A stretch of 63,273 nucleotides of DNA, counting the filler. It is 10 parts of 10 records of this genome, joined end to end, with 100 filler letters (N's around TTAATTAATTAA, not from the genome) between each part and the next. Parts side by side here need not be neighbours in the genome. Positions count along the whole stretch, not along the records: positions 33,549 to 37,272 come from SRR7504441_3460; positions 37,373 to 46,025 come from SRR7504441_3468; positions 46,126 to 52,069 come from SRR7504441_3469; 7 more parts are not named here. One strand, 5' to 3'. The position numbers and the translations under genes are program-made. The notes below the pieces were generated by a model. The model was not told where the DNA came from. It saw only the letters and a list, made by a program, of their open reading frames with translations, and made no database searches. Below are positions 33,644 to 46,127 of this stretch, one piece after another (position 1 is the stretch's first letter; every line of letters begins with the position of its first letter).

Positions 33644-33787
33644 AGTACAATCTAAGTACAATCATGATATTGCATTAACATTGCATGATCGTACTGTGTA
33701 CGGGCCGCTCAGTTCCTACAAGTCTACATGATTGTATGTTTAAAATCAGCTGGTCTAGCCATAGGTTTCGCTACAATACCGCTACAA
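33644..33787. repeat. Three X9-TA-X9 scars
   Basis: agtacaatc-TA-agtacaatc (33644-33663); atattgcat-TA-acattgcat (33667-33686); tcgctacaa-TA-ccgctacaa (33768-33787). Confidence 0.85.
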
Positions 33788-33870
33788 GATCCCATTACTT
33801 GTTCAATTGATCATTAAGTACGAGTCGGCCAGCCTAGGCTCCGGAGTCCGCGTGCTCACACATGCACCGC

Positions 33871-36800
33871 TCAGACCAGCTCGACGATTTCACTCGGCTC
33901 GCCATCGGGTCCCGGCCCTAGTGCGTTGCTCGCCCGCGCCCTGAACCTGTAGCTCCCGGCTCCGGCCACCGACCCCTCGCGGGCCAGCCGGCACTGGGGC
34001 CCGGGCAGCTTGTCTGCCACTTCGAGCCAGACTCCGCTGTCGTTCTTCTCGCAGCTTAGTCCATACCCAGTCAGACCGTCAGGGTGGTGCGACGGCCCCG
34101 CCGGCCAGACAATGGAGACCGCCAGCACGCCCTCCGGCTCGCACTCTGGACGGCCTGGGGGGCCAGGGACGGCAGTGCTGGTCTGGACCGCGGCAGACGA
34201 GGCTGAGTGCGCGCCCAGCCCGACTGCGTTGATGGCTGCCACTTTGAACCGATATCCAGTGCACGGGAGGAGCCCAGTTAGCTTGTGCTGCGGCTTGGCG
34301 CTCGCCGTGTCCTCGCAGGCCAGCTGCCACTCTTCCTGCCCGGTCTGCTGCACCCACACCCGGAACCCGCTGATAGGCCGGCCGTTCGGCTCCGGCGGTG
34401 GCCAAGAGAGCTGCACAGTCTTCTGCAGGGCGCCGGTCGCTGTGTGCTGCACTGACGGGGCTGCGGCCGGTCCCGGGACGGCCTCGGGCGTGCTGTACAC
34501 CTCGGAAGGATCGGACGGGTCGGCGGTGCCGACGCTGTTGATGGCCGCCACTTGAAATCGCAGCTCGGTGGCCGGTCGGAGCCCTGGCAGCCTGGCGCGA
34601 CAGTCTGCTGAGCCTGTGTTGCCGACTCTTTCGTCGAAAGGTCCTGAGCCGCCCGCTTGCATCAGCACTCTGTAGCCAGTGATCCGGGATCCGTTGGCTG
34701 GCGGCGCCGTCCAGCTGAGAGCCACCGCGTGCGTGCACGGCTCGTCCTGCTCCATGTCCTCCTGCGCAGTGGGCGGGGCAGCGAGCGGGTCAGGCCGGGC
34801 TGGCAGCGTGCTGGCCGGCTCAGAGGAGGCCGAGGCCGGGCCGGGGCCTGCGGAGCTGATCGGCTGCACCTTGAACTGGTGCGGGCTGTTGGGCTTGAGC
34901 CCCGAGATCTCCACAAACCCGCGGCCAGTTAGCTGCTCCGACCCGAACATCAGTTGGGCGCCGCTGATCTCAGGCCACGAGTCGTCGGCCTCGTGCCGCG
35001 TGACAACGTATCGAAGGATCTCGGACCCATTGGCGTCCGGAGTATCCCATGAGAGCACCAGCGACCGAGCGGCCAGGCCGGAGGTGCGCAGGTCGGTGGG
35101 CGGGTCGGGAGGGGCCGGGACGACCACAGGGCGCGACAGCTCAGTCGGCATCGACATCCCGTGCTCTGATATGGCGGCGACGGCAAACTCGTACTTGACT
35201 CCCGGACTGAGCCCGTCCACCAGGTGAGAGCACTCCAGGCTGTTGGTGTCCGCCACAACGATCGCCGACTCGCCTGCCCTGAGCTCAGCCCGGCCCCGGC
35301 CCCGCGCGACCGGTCAGCCCTGTCCTCTGAAGCACTTGGTACCCCACAAGCGTCCCGCCGTTCGGCTCAGCAGCCTCCCAACTCACCTCCGCCGCCGCCT
35401 CACCGCGCAGCGCTGCCAGCGGGGCGGCCGCCGGGGGGGAGGGCGCGCTCGGCTTGGTGGTGACGGGCTCACTAGGTGGCGAGGGCTGCCCCCGGCCTAC
35501 ACTTGAGACAGCCTCGACCACAAACCGGTAGCTGCCACTGGATCAGCCCAGCCCCAGGGCCCGGCGCACCTGCGGCCCGGCCGGAGCGGCCCAACTTCGG
35601 CCGAGCTCTCGCCGCCGCCCGCCCATGCCAGCTCGGCGAAGGCCTCCGCCCCGTCGCAGCTAGCTGAGATTCTATACCTGCGGCAGGCCGTGAGCAAGCC
35701 TCGGGGGGCTCAAGCGCCACCGGGTGATCCGCTCGGGGTCGGTGGCCGTGTCCGGAGGGGTCCAGTGCAGCAGGGCGGTGGTAGCCTCGGCCACTGAGAC
35801 TGACGGCTGCCCGGGCGCCGGCGGTGGCTCGACAGTCCGGATAGGGTCCGACGCTGGAGACTCGTCTGACTGGTGCCCGACTGAAGTCAGCGCGAGCACT
35901 TTGAACGCATACTCGGCCCCCATCACCAGCCCTGCCCCCGCTCACCGCCCCCCAACGGTAACGGACACCGTCCATCCTGTACAACGGCTCCGGGCTCTGC
36001 GTGTCGGAGCAGCGGAGTCTGAACTCCCGGACCGGCTGGTCTCCTCGCATCAGAGGCTCGCCTGCGCTCGATTTGTCGGTTGCCGGGACGCTCAGGTCGG
36101 CCCGCAGGATCTGGTACCCGACCAGTGTGCTCCTGCCCCGCCGTGATCGCCTGTCTATCCCAGCGGCCACCCGTTCAGTTCAGGGGGCTCCCAACGGATC
36201 CCAACCCATGCCGTCCCTGTCAGCGAGGAGCCGCCCAGCGAAGAGACGCTCGGGGCCCCGGGCGGGCCGGGCGGGGCGGCCAGCGTGCGCACGGCCGGCC
36301 CGAGTGCAGAGGGGAATCCGTTGCCGTGTCGGTTGGTGCCGGCGACTGTGAATTCATAGGCTCTGCCGGGCTCGAGGTCTGAGACTTGGAACTTGGGGGA
36401 GGGGTCGTCCGATCGGGCCGTCGCCCAGACCCGCCCGACCTCCCGCTGCCGGATCACCCATCCGGTCACCGGCCCGCCCCCCTGCGGCCCTGCCCCCGGC
36501 ATGAGCGCCGCCGCCCCGGCACGCACCGGGTGTCCAGCCCAGCCACAGCCCGCGAGGTCCAATCATGGTGGCCACCAGCTGGGTGGGCGGCCCGGGCACC
36601 GCCAGCTGCTCCCGGTACTCCCGCCGGTTGGCCAGCACCCCCCGCCGGTTGGTCAGGTCGGCCCGGGCGTGTCCTCGCCTGAGCCGAGCCGCCGCCCGCC
36701 GAAGCGCCACAATCTCCGGCTCAAGCTCGGCCGTCCGTTGAGCCAGCAGCAGCTCCTCGGCCTGCAGCGCCTCCCGCTCGGCCGCCAGCCCCGCCCGCGC

Positions 36801-37160
36801 CTCTTCCACCGGCCGCCAGAGCTCTGCAGCCGCCTGCGCGGCGCTAGCCTCTAGGGAGGCCGCCCCGTCCGGCCCTCTCCAGGCCTTGATGGCAGACAGC
36901 TTGGCCTCGAGCGCCCGCTCGGCTCGGGCCATGGCGGCCTGCTCGGTGGCCAGAGTGGCCTGCCAGAGCCGTTGCTCGGCAACAAACTGCTCGGCCTGGG
37001 CGGCCAGGGTGGCCTCCATCCCTGCCGGCGAGGCGTCCGGGGGTAGCGTGAGCACCCAGGGTGAGCTGGGCGGGGCGGGCCGGACCAGCTGGGCGTGCAG
37101 GCGGTCCGGCGAGCCGGAGCTCTCCCGGGCCTCCAGCCAGCTCGCCCGGGCGTCCCCCAT
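33871..37160 (-). CDS. Coiled-coil plus multiple fibronectin type III repeat protein
   Basis: Repeated LSW..P..NGS.I.GY...GL.P...Y.F.V.A.N..G motifs over several exons; no signal peptide seen. Confidence 0.85.
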
Positions 37161-37210
37161 GACACCCCGTGTGGAGCCCCGATCAAATCCACCCGATCGA
37201 ATCGTGCACG

Positions 37211-37272
37211 ATGGCGAAGAAGCGAAACAACAAGAAGTCCAGGAAGCAGCAGCCCACCGCGGAGGCCGCCGG
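37211..37272 (+). CDS. 5' end of a gene truncated by the contig edge
   Basis: ATG 50 bp from the divergent FN3 start; MAKKRNNKKSRKQQ open to the edge. Confidence 0.45.
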
Positions 37273-37372
37273 NNNNNNNNNNNNNNNNNNNNNNNNNNNN
37301 NNNNNNNNNNNNNNNNTTAATTAATTAANNNNNNNNNNNNNNNNNNNNNNNNNNNNNNNNNNNNNNNNNNNN

Positions 37373-40300
37373 CAGCTTGTCGTCAAGCTCATGCGAATAC
37401 TTGTAATGTGGAAACCGAACTTTCAGATTCATGATGCACTGATCAGAAGCGCTAAGAAAGCCATCGAAAGACTCTCGGATGAAACGCACATTGTTTGCTA
37501 GCATTGATAGAGCTGCGTGTGTCCTAGGACGGGTTTTGTACCGCAATACCTCCCATTCAGATCTATTGCGTTGGTTAAGTCGCCCACTCATCCATCCTGA
37601 GCTAGACGAGCGAGAAAGGATAGCTGCCTTTACGTCGTCTAGTGTACCCGCCGCGAGCTTATTAATGTCGCTGACCCCAAGTGTTTGCATTACCTGAAAC
37701 CTACCTCTGAATTGTGGCGTATTGGCCAACTCCAGAAGCGTGGAGATGTATCCCACATGCCTGAAGCACTGCAAAAAGAAACAGTTTAGGCAATCAATGT
37801 AGCAAGTATTAAATTATGCATGTGGTGGTACCTGGGCTGGCTTTTCGTCACTATACCATCGTTCTCCTTGCTGCCAAGCTTTCACCTGTAGGCAATCCTA
37901 CCAATCAGGAAACAGCCAGCGAGCGGCTTAGGAGGCGCTACCGAAGCGCAGCTGCCAAGGAGTGGCGTCCGTACGCAGTTTATGTACATGTTCATAAACT
38001 CAGTCTCTTTCAGACACTGTGGAACTCCAAAGTTCTGGAATGAGCAAATTCTTTTGACCATGGCATCCATGAATTGTGTCGCAGAACTCGAGTGGTGACC
38101 CTCGCTATCAGAGCGGTTTGCTCGTTTCTGTGTTGCCTGTGGGGTCATAGTCATGTCTACATCAGTGCTGAAAGCAAGAGCACTCAGCTCGTCGTCCATA
38201 GCTATCATGATTGCAGCAGCACGATGGGCCTCTCTCTGTTCCCTCTGCATCCACTGCATGCGTACACTATCGGTCCACAGCGATGCTTTCTCCTGGTACC
38301 CAACGCCGTGCACATAGCATTCAAGACATCGTGTGTAGTGTTCAAAGGCTTCACTCATTATCGAATTCCTGTAGCTCTGACTCCCACAGCACCGTTTAAG
38401 CCACTGCTTAGTTTCATCGATCAGTGGTAGCCCTTCAAGAATTCTCTGAACACTTTCACAGGCATCAAATTTTCGAAATTCACTGGATGCAAATGGGTCT
38501 ACACCTCTGAGCTTGTCACCCAGTCGAGGGTTCAACCTGCAGAACAGTGCCAGCAAATCAGAACGAGGACCATCTATCAGCCCAGGCACTTGTATACATG
38601 CGTGTTCATCTAAGTATTGATCTTATTAGGCAGCAAGACTTACGATCGCTGGTTGCTGTCAAATGCTTGGACAGCACAAGCAAAGGCGATAGTAAAACCC
38701 ATCCATCTCTGAGATAGCACGTCCGCCTGCGTCTTCAGCTGTTGCCTAGTGGTGGACAGGCTTGCATAGGAGCCGCTAAGCGACAAGCCCCTGCGGGAGT
38801 CAAGAAACATTTCCATTAGGTATTCCGTCAATCCACCGGTCTCCACCAAGTTGAAACGGTCAAGGTTCTGAGCCATGGCCAAGCGGTTACCTAACTTGGT
38901 ACAAGCCTGGCCAAGATTCGCAAGCTTGATAGCATACTCTAAACACTCGTAGTTCAAGCCTCCGTAAGTCCCAACACAGCTGATTCTGAACCACTCTTTG
39001 AACACATTGGACGGATGGTGACGGCACTTCTTGTTCGCATCGATATTTCTGTTTGCCATGATCGTCTCTGCGATCACACAGAGACGATCTGCAGCTTGCT
39101 GCATAAAGTCATTCGAGGGTACCTCCACACCTCCCACTTTCGTTGGCACGCTAAATGCTGTGACATAATCAATTGGCTGAAGGAACTCGCGAATTGGCTG
39201 GACTATACCACTAGGTTGAAAGTACTCTTCTGGGTCATCTTGTTGAACGCGATCATCGCCTTGAACATCGCCTTCGACAAAAACAATGTGCTCCAGCGCC
39301 TTTCCAATCTCATCGAGAACACTGTCGATCTTTTTCAGGACATCGCCAAGGTGCTGGTGGCTGCAATAGTGCCCGACAAGTTCTTGGTTTTTTGCCATCC
39401 ACGCGTGTAGGCGATCGATTAAAAGACTTGTATTGATCTTTGCTCGTGAAATCGGCTCGCTGATATCTATCTGTAAGTTTTTCCTCAAGATTGTTTCTAG
39501 CTGACTTCTCGTCATGGAGTTCCTTTTGAATCTATGGTCTCGATCAAGATACTCCCCGTGCTGTTCCCATAGTACATAGTCGAGAATACTATTTAGTTTG
39601 ACAGACCATCGGCACATTCTGCCTATTGGAAACTCGTGGCTTTCGACGCCCTCTCTCTTGTCGTTCTCGTAGCAGAACAAGAATAGGTCAATGAGTCCCA
39701 GGCCATGTTTTGCCTCACTGTTTGGTACTCCTTGCCAAAGAAGAAGCACAACCTCCTTAAAGAGATCGTCGTCATACCAACCATCAACTATTTCTTTGAT
39801 GTCTCTTAGGCTGTATTCGCTTTTTGGAAAGTCTGCCTTGACCACTGGGTCAATCGCCTCAGGAATGTAGATTGTGTGCAAAAATCTGTTAAGCAAAGAG
39901 GCCTCCTCTTGTACATCTGCTTCCATTTTTTCGTGCAAGGCTTCCATGTTTTGGCACTGGGTGTACATTTCCATCCTGACGTGCATAAGCGCCGAAGGCA
40001 ATCCAACAATTTTGCTGAGAACTTCCACTACTTCTTCAGTCAAATCCACAATCTTGTCCTTGAACTTGTCCAGAGTAGACTGCAACTCTGCTCTAGCATC
40101 CAGCATGGAGGACCCAAGGATGTGAGATCCATACTCTTGTATCTCTTCGGTATTTTTGCGTCCCTCGCTTGTCTCTTTGTGAAACGTCACTACATCTGTC
40201 AAATAAGCTCGTACGTCGGCTCTTGACGCCTTTTCATTGAGGATAGCGCTGTTGAGATTATCCAGTGTGTCTCCAAAATCCTGAATATGCTCCCAGGACG

Positions 40301-43300
40301 AACTGGTCGTACTTTCAGCAGCAAGCCTACTGATGGCATCTGGCGTGATTGGCATTGGCAGTCCGACGCGACAAAACCTGGTTCCTTTGTCGTTCTCTAC
40401 GATCGTTTCCATGTCCTTCAGGATTTCTTCCATAGCAAAGCTGCCTTTCTTTGGATTTCGGCAGACGTGCCAAAGAGACATGTCGACTTGGCAGACTGCA
40501 GCCAACATGAAATGAGCGGGTGCGACCTCTTGACCAGACAGCTGCTCCCGCAGGACATCGACATGATCGAAGTTTCTATTTGTGAACCTTGTAATGAGCT
40601 CTTTGGCTGCCTTTGAGACCTGGTTTGGCGATGGCTTCTCGGTGTTGGAGTCACTTATCCGTCTTGAGGAACGCATAGTGCTAGCACGCTGTAGAACAGT
40701 ACCCTTAGACACGCTTTCGACCGCCTGTAAGACAGTCTGACAGCACGCTACTGCGCAGGTCCCAGGACTGCTGTTAGTTGCTTTGTCCCTGACTTGCATT
40801 TCGAGTAGCTGGCGCTCCAGTTCGGCCATGCCGACCCTTGCATTTTCAGGTTGCTGCCAGGCTATCTGGATGCTCTCGCTCATCTCAGTAATGGTACGAA
40901 TCTTGAACTGTTGAAGAGAGAGCACATAATACAAGAGCCTCGGGCACCACCCATCAGAATGCAACAGATTTGGATTGGTTACGCGGTCCCAACTGTCAGT
41001 GGACGACCACCAAGATTCGGGCTGCTGGGAGTGCTCGTATTTGCGTTCAGTGAGCAGCTGGGCGAGCTGCTCCATATCGATTGCACTATCCGAAAAGAGT
41101 TCCTCAACTCCAGTGTGATTCCTTGGGTACTTGTGGCCACCAACCCGATCGTCTCCTTTGTCGTTTGCCATTGGTGATTCTAGTGCGACAACGCTGTCGA
41201 GAAGGAGTCTTTCGATGCGCTCCTTTGGCCAATCGATGCTGCACATGTCCTCATCCGCCTTTGCCTGGTCTTTGGATATCACTTCGTCATCAATGTGAAG
41301 CGGCTCCTCCGTAGCTCCAAGATGTGCCTCCCTCTCAGGTCTGAACTTCCACAGAGAAACAAGGAACACCAGCCTGATCATCAAGAGCTGAACTAACACT
41401 CGGTAAGCAAGCTGAGTAGGCTCAGCCCGCAGCGAACAGTGGCCATCCCGATGATTGGTGAATGAGTGTACCAAATGATAGCATTCTCGGAAAATGGCAA
41501 TGTCATCCTGGTCCACTTGGTCACCAGGCTTGATGAACCGTGGTGGATCATCCTCGGACAGCAGCTGCAGCCGGTTCACATCTCCCAGAAGCTGTTTGAC
41601 CATTTCATTCGTCCACTCAGACACTACCGAGCGATGAAGGTGTTCCTCCAGACGAATGAACGGCAAGTGTTTATAAAGGAACCCATCGTCCTTATCTAAG
41701 TGCCCATGCATGCCGTTGATCACGAGCAGCATTTGCTGAATATTTGTATTCGAGCTTCGAAATGCAGAATCCTTCAGAGAGTGGTACATCTTTTTCGCGG
41801 ACTGCCGCAGCAAGAAGCGTAGAGCGTCGGTGCTCGAAGTGATGTCTTCATTTACATACTGGGTCGAAATGGCACCATGGAGCAGAAGATCGGGATCAAC
41901 AAACATCTGTGCCACCTGTGAGGCCACACAGCAGCAGTTAGGCGTGACTCTGAGCAAGTGAACATACTTTTGACATGACTTTGGCAATGAGAACGCGATG
42001 TTGAGGCCCACCGCGCTGATGCTGGGGAACACAAAGCGCAGGGTCAAACTTGATGATCAAGTCGACAAGTCGAGCCCTGAGATCCAAAATTTGCGCCTTC
42101 AAGTGCACATCTGCGAAGTCTTGGGTTCCAAGATTGTAGTTTTGGAGCGAGTCCACCTTTGTGCCATCTTGCTGTATCATTATTATCTGGCACACAGGTG
42201 AGACACGGCTCACAAGCAGTCACCTGGTCGCTGTCTGGCTCGACCTGTAGTTCGATGCCGTTGCGCTCCCTGATCCTGGACCAAACGCTCCGATTCATCA
42301 ATTCAAGCACTGAGGTTAAGGTTTTGAGCAAGAATTCTTGGTGCATCCAATCCTCCCAGTCCATATCCTCCTTTGCATAGGACTGCATAAAATGAAAATA
42401 CCGGTACGCCAATCCAAATGCAGAATAGATTTCATGCAAGTATGGATATGCTTTGCACATATGCATTGACTCTCGAAAGCAGTTGAGCATGGATCCCGGA
42501 TCCAATATTGTGTTTCGGTGTCCACAACTACACATGTACAGATTCCTGACCCCTTGGATGCTCTCTGAGAACTCGTTTTCCTTGTCGAAAATTTGTACAA
42601 ATAGCTCATTGCTCAGACCTGGTGTCCAGCGCACTGTAGCTGGGAAAGTGGATAGCACGAGGTACTGGTACAATTTCTGCCTGAAAAACGCGCCCACGTA
42701 CCATTCCACCTTTGTTGCTCTGGCAATTGCCACCTCGACATCATTGATAAGCCCTTCCACCTTGCCCTTGCCATCCGGGTGCAGGAAGAGTGCGGTCAGA
42801 CCCCGCGTATAAGAGGTATTCTGGCTGCTGAATTGGTTGCTGAGCAGCTTGCGCAACTTTTGGATATCTCGCTGTTCGGCTGCGTCGCGCCCAGCATTTA
42901 CCCACTCACGCACATGATGAAGCGAGCAGCCAGTACCAGCCGATTTGATCTGGGCGAACCTATCGGGGTCTACATCATTGTATGGATCTATGTAGTCAGA
43001 AGCTGGCATGAGTTGATCATCTGGACCCTCTGCGACAGTTTGCCAGCGATGAGACTGGAATATTGGTCGGAGATAATCGTCCTTGAGCTGATTGAGCGCC
43101 TGCTCGATGGTGCGCGAAACTTCAGCTGCTCGCCTGTGCCACTGAAACAAGAATCTGGAGCTCCATCTAACTTCAGACCCTCGCTTGTCCTTGAGCTTGT
43201 TGATCAAAACAAACAGGCCATCCATTGCAGTTACAATATGCTGGTGGTTGAATGTGGATACACTCACCTTGACCTCACCCTGTCGGTAATCTTGTTGCTC

Positions 43301-45823
43301 AAACTCTCCAGCTCTATAGCAGAGAACTGTATTGTATATATATATGCGCTGACGTTCAGCCCAGTCCACGTAGTAACGAAGGAGAGTGGACGCCTTTGGA
43401 TTGTTTTCGAGTCCTTCTGGATCGCCTGGGCTGAACCAGAGAGCATTCAGAGCATCTAATGGAGAGAAACTACAGAGCCGATTGATTCTATGCTGTGGCT
43501 TGGTCACATCAGCCGGATATGCTTTGCCTTCATGTTTCTTGATGCGGCCACCTTCGTCGACACACAGACCGAGCGCCTTTGCTGTGAAGATGTGCTCCTC
43601 AAAGCTGATCATTGGGAAGTAGTGCTCAAGCTTATCCCAGAACTCATCCTTCTGCAGCGCATCCATAGTCTGCCAGGCATTGGTCCGCGGATTAACGGCC
43701 TCCCAAGACTCGCAAGGTTTCGAGAAAGCTGCAATACCAAGAATCAAACACTCATACGCCATTCGCTGCTTGACTGGGGTGTCAAGCTCACGCCATTTAG
43801 TCTCTTTGGGGATCTGTGAAGCCCCAGTCAGATCCACATATTTGTTAAGCCAGCTGTCTTCATGCAATAGCTTGCTGGCAGAGGCACGCAATTCTGGCCT
43901 GCGGTGGTGACTGCCCGTATCCCCAAGTGTGCAGCTGTGGAATAGCATGCTAGCCTCGCCGAGGTCTCGCACAAACGTGTTGACGATGTCTGGGTCTGAG
44001 TGCAGCTGTCGGATCTTCTCTGCAAACTGAGGGATCCCTGGCTCTAGAACAGGTTTGCCTCTGAGTACGAAGTGCGTCAGGATCCCAAGCTGCCACATGT
44101 CTGCTTTTTGGCGACCAACAATATCGTCCCCCGGCAGAGGCACTGCCATTGTGGTGAGATTGGTGGCGTTCGGATCAATATTCTCTGGTGCCATCCATGC
44201 AAGCAAGTTTAAGTTGGCTTCTCTGTTTGCAAGCAGGGGCCACAGAGGAGGAAGTAGCTTGACGCCCTTTAATCCATACTGCGACGAGTGCTGTACAAAC
44301 ACCGAGTCTGGATTCACAGCGCAGTGTGCCATTCCTAGCTGATGCAGCACTGCCAGGGCATACGTCACTATAAAGATGACTTCCGCCTTCTCAGCCTCTG
44401 TCAGCACCCCTCTCTCGACCTGCCACTAAGTGACTCTAACGCCAGCAGCCAATGTCACCTGATACCGCAGCGTAGTCCTAGGGCAGCTCTCTGAGCTCAG
44501 TGAATCCAGTACAATCGACAGCCTTTGCTCCCTCCCAGGTCCAGCTGGTGAGAGATAGACTTTAGTTGCCACTACAAACGGCAGCTTGTCGGCGCCTTGC
44601 ATCAGTGTGGTGGTGTTCTCGAGCATGTGGTCAAGCCGGCTGCTCTCGGAGCCAGCATCCAGGTTTTGGTGCTGCAGATATCGCTGTATCTTGAGCTGCC
44701 AAGCCCAATACTCAACCGGATTCACATGAAACCCACACCTTTTGTTCTAATAGCGCCAAGCACTGCAGCCCAAGCTCGCTCTCCCCCTTCACGTCAAAAA
44801 GCGGCCCGGGTACAAACGCTGTCCGGGGCAGGGAGAGCACCAGCTGTGGCTTGTCATGCCGCTGTGAGTTGCACATGGCCTCGCTTAGCTCTAATTGGAC
44901 CCTGTCGATCCGGAGGAAGGCCGGCCGCACATCGTAGTGCTCGCTCACCCCAAACTGGTCAAACAGCGAGAAGATGTGAGGGTTGAGCCGCACCCGCACC
45001 TGCCCCCCGCTGGCACTCGGACAGCGAGCGGCAGCACCTCGGCCCTGAAGCTCTCCGGGTCCCGAGGCACGTCAAACAGCTCCTCCCACTCGAGGTGCGC
45101 CGAGTCCTGCCCGACGTCCTCGTCGTTCATCATCTGGAACGCCACCTCCGCAAATTCGATCGTGTCAAATCCGAACCTTAGCACGTTGTCCCGTCTGAGC
45201 ACTTCCATGTACCGGCTCATGATTGCCTGCTCCTTGAACAGGTCGCGCTGCCCGAGTTCGTCCGGCTGCTGCTGCTGCTGCTCAGCCTCAGCCTCCCGGA
45301 GCAAATAGTGCAGGTTGACGTACCACAGCTGCAGCTCCTCCTGCGCGTGCGAGAGCGGTGCCATCTCGAACCGGTCAGACGGGCCAGACACGGTCAGCCG
45401 GGACTCGGTGAGCTGGATGGTGGCGCCCCGGCGGAGGCTGAGCACCCGGGCCGGCTTGGGGTCCTTGGGGCCGAGCATCAGCTTGAGCTCCTTCTGGTTC
45501 CGGTCGAGCAGCACGTACCGCTTCGGCCAGCCCTGCAGGTGCAGCGTGTTGACCTTGAACCACGAGCCCAGCCGGTGGCGGGCGCCTGACATGGCCTGCC
45601 GGCTCAGACTGAGGATGTCGTTGAACAGGTTCCGGGCCTCAGCCTGGGTGATCGGCCGCGGTTTGGAGGTGTTGGCGCCCAGCGTGTGGTCGTACTTTTT
45701 CCAGAGGGCTTTGAGCTCGACCAGCGAGATGTTGGCGAAGTCGCGGCCCGGGATCTGGTCCAGGATGATGTCGATCTTGCACGCGCCACGCTGCTCCTCC
45801 TTGGACGAGAGAACACCGCCCAT
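37373..45823 (-). CDS. Giant (>2500 aa) myristoylated PH-domain/pseudokinase protein, 3'-truncated
   Basis: MGGVLSS; GWPKRYVLL..ELQLW (PH); LAVLHQLGMAHCAVNPDSV, WMAPE, KADMWQLG, RASASKLL (kinase C-lobe). Consecutive minus-strand ORFs can be joined by short introns. Confidence 0.7.
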
Positions 45824-46127
45824 CCTGCTGTCTCCTCCTCACCGGATCGGCAGCAGCGGCCTCCTCCTCCTCACCGGCCTCGCAGCTGCTGCCTCCTCCT
45901 CATCGCACCCGGCTCGGTGGCACCACTGACTGGACGCTGTCCGGGATTATTCCGTTGGCATCAGGTCCGTCGCTTCGACCGCTGGTACTGTTGCATGCTG
46001 TTGCGGCTGTTGTAACAGCAGTACGNNNNNNNNNNNNNNNNNNNNNNNNNNNNNNNNNNNNNNNNNNNNTTAATTAATTAANNNNNNNNNNNNNNNNNNN
46101 NNNNNNNNNNNNNNNNNNNNNNNNNCT

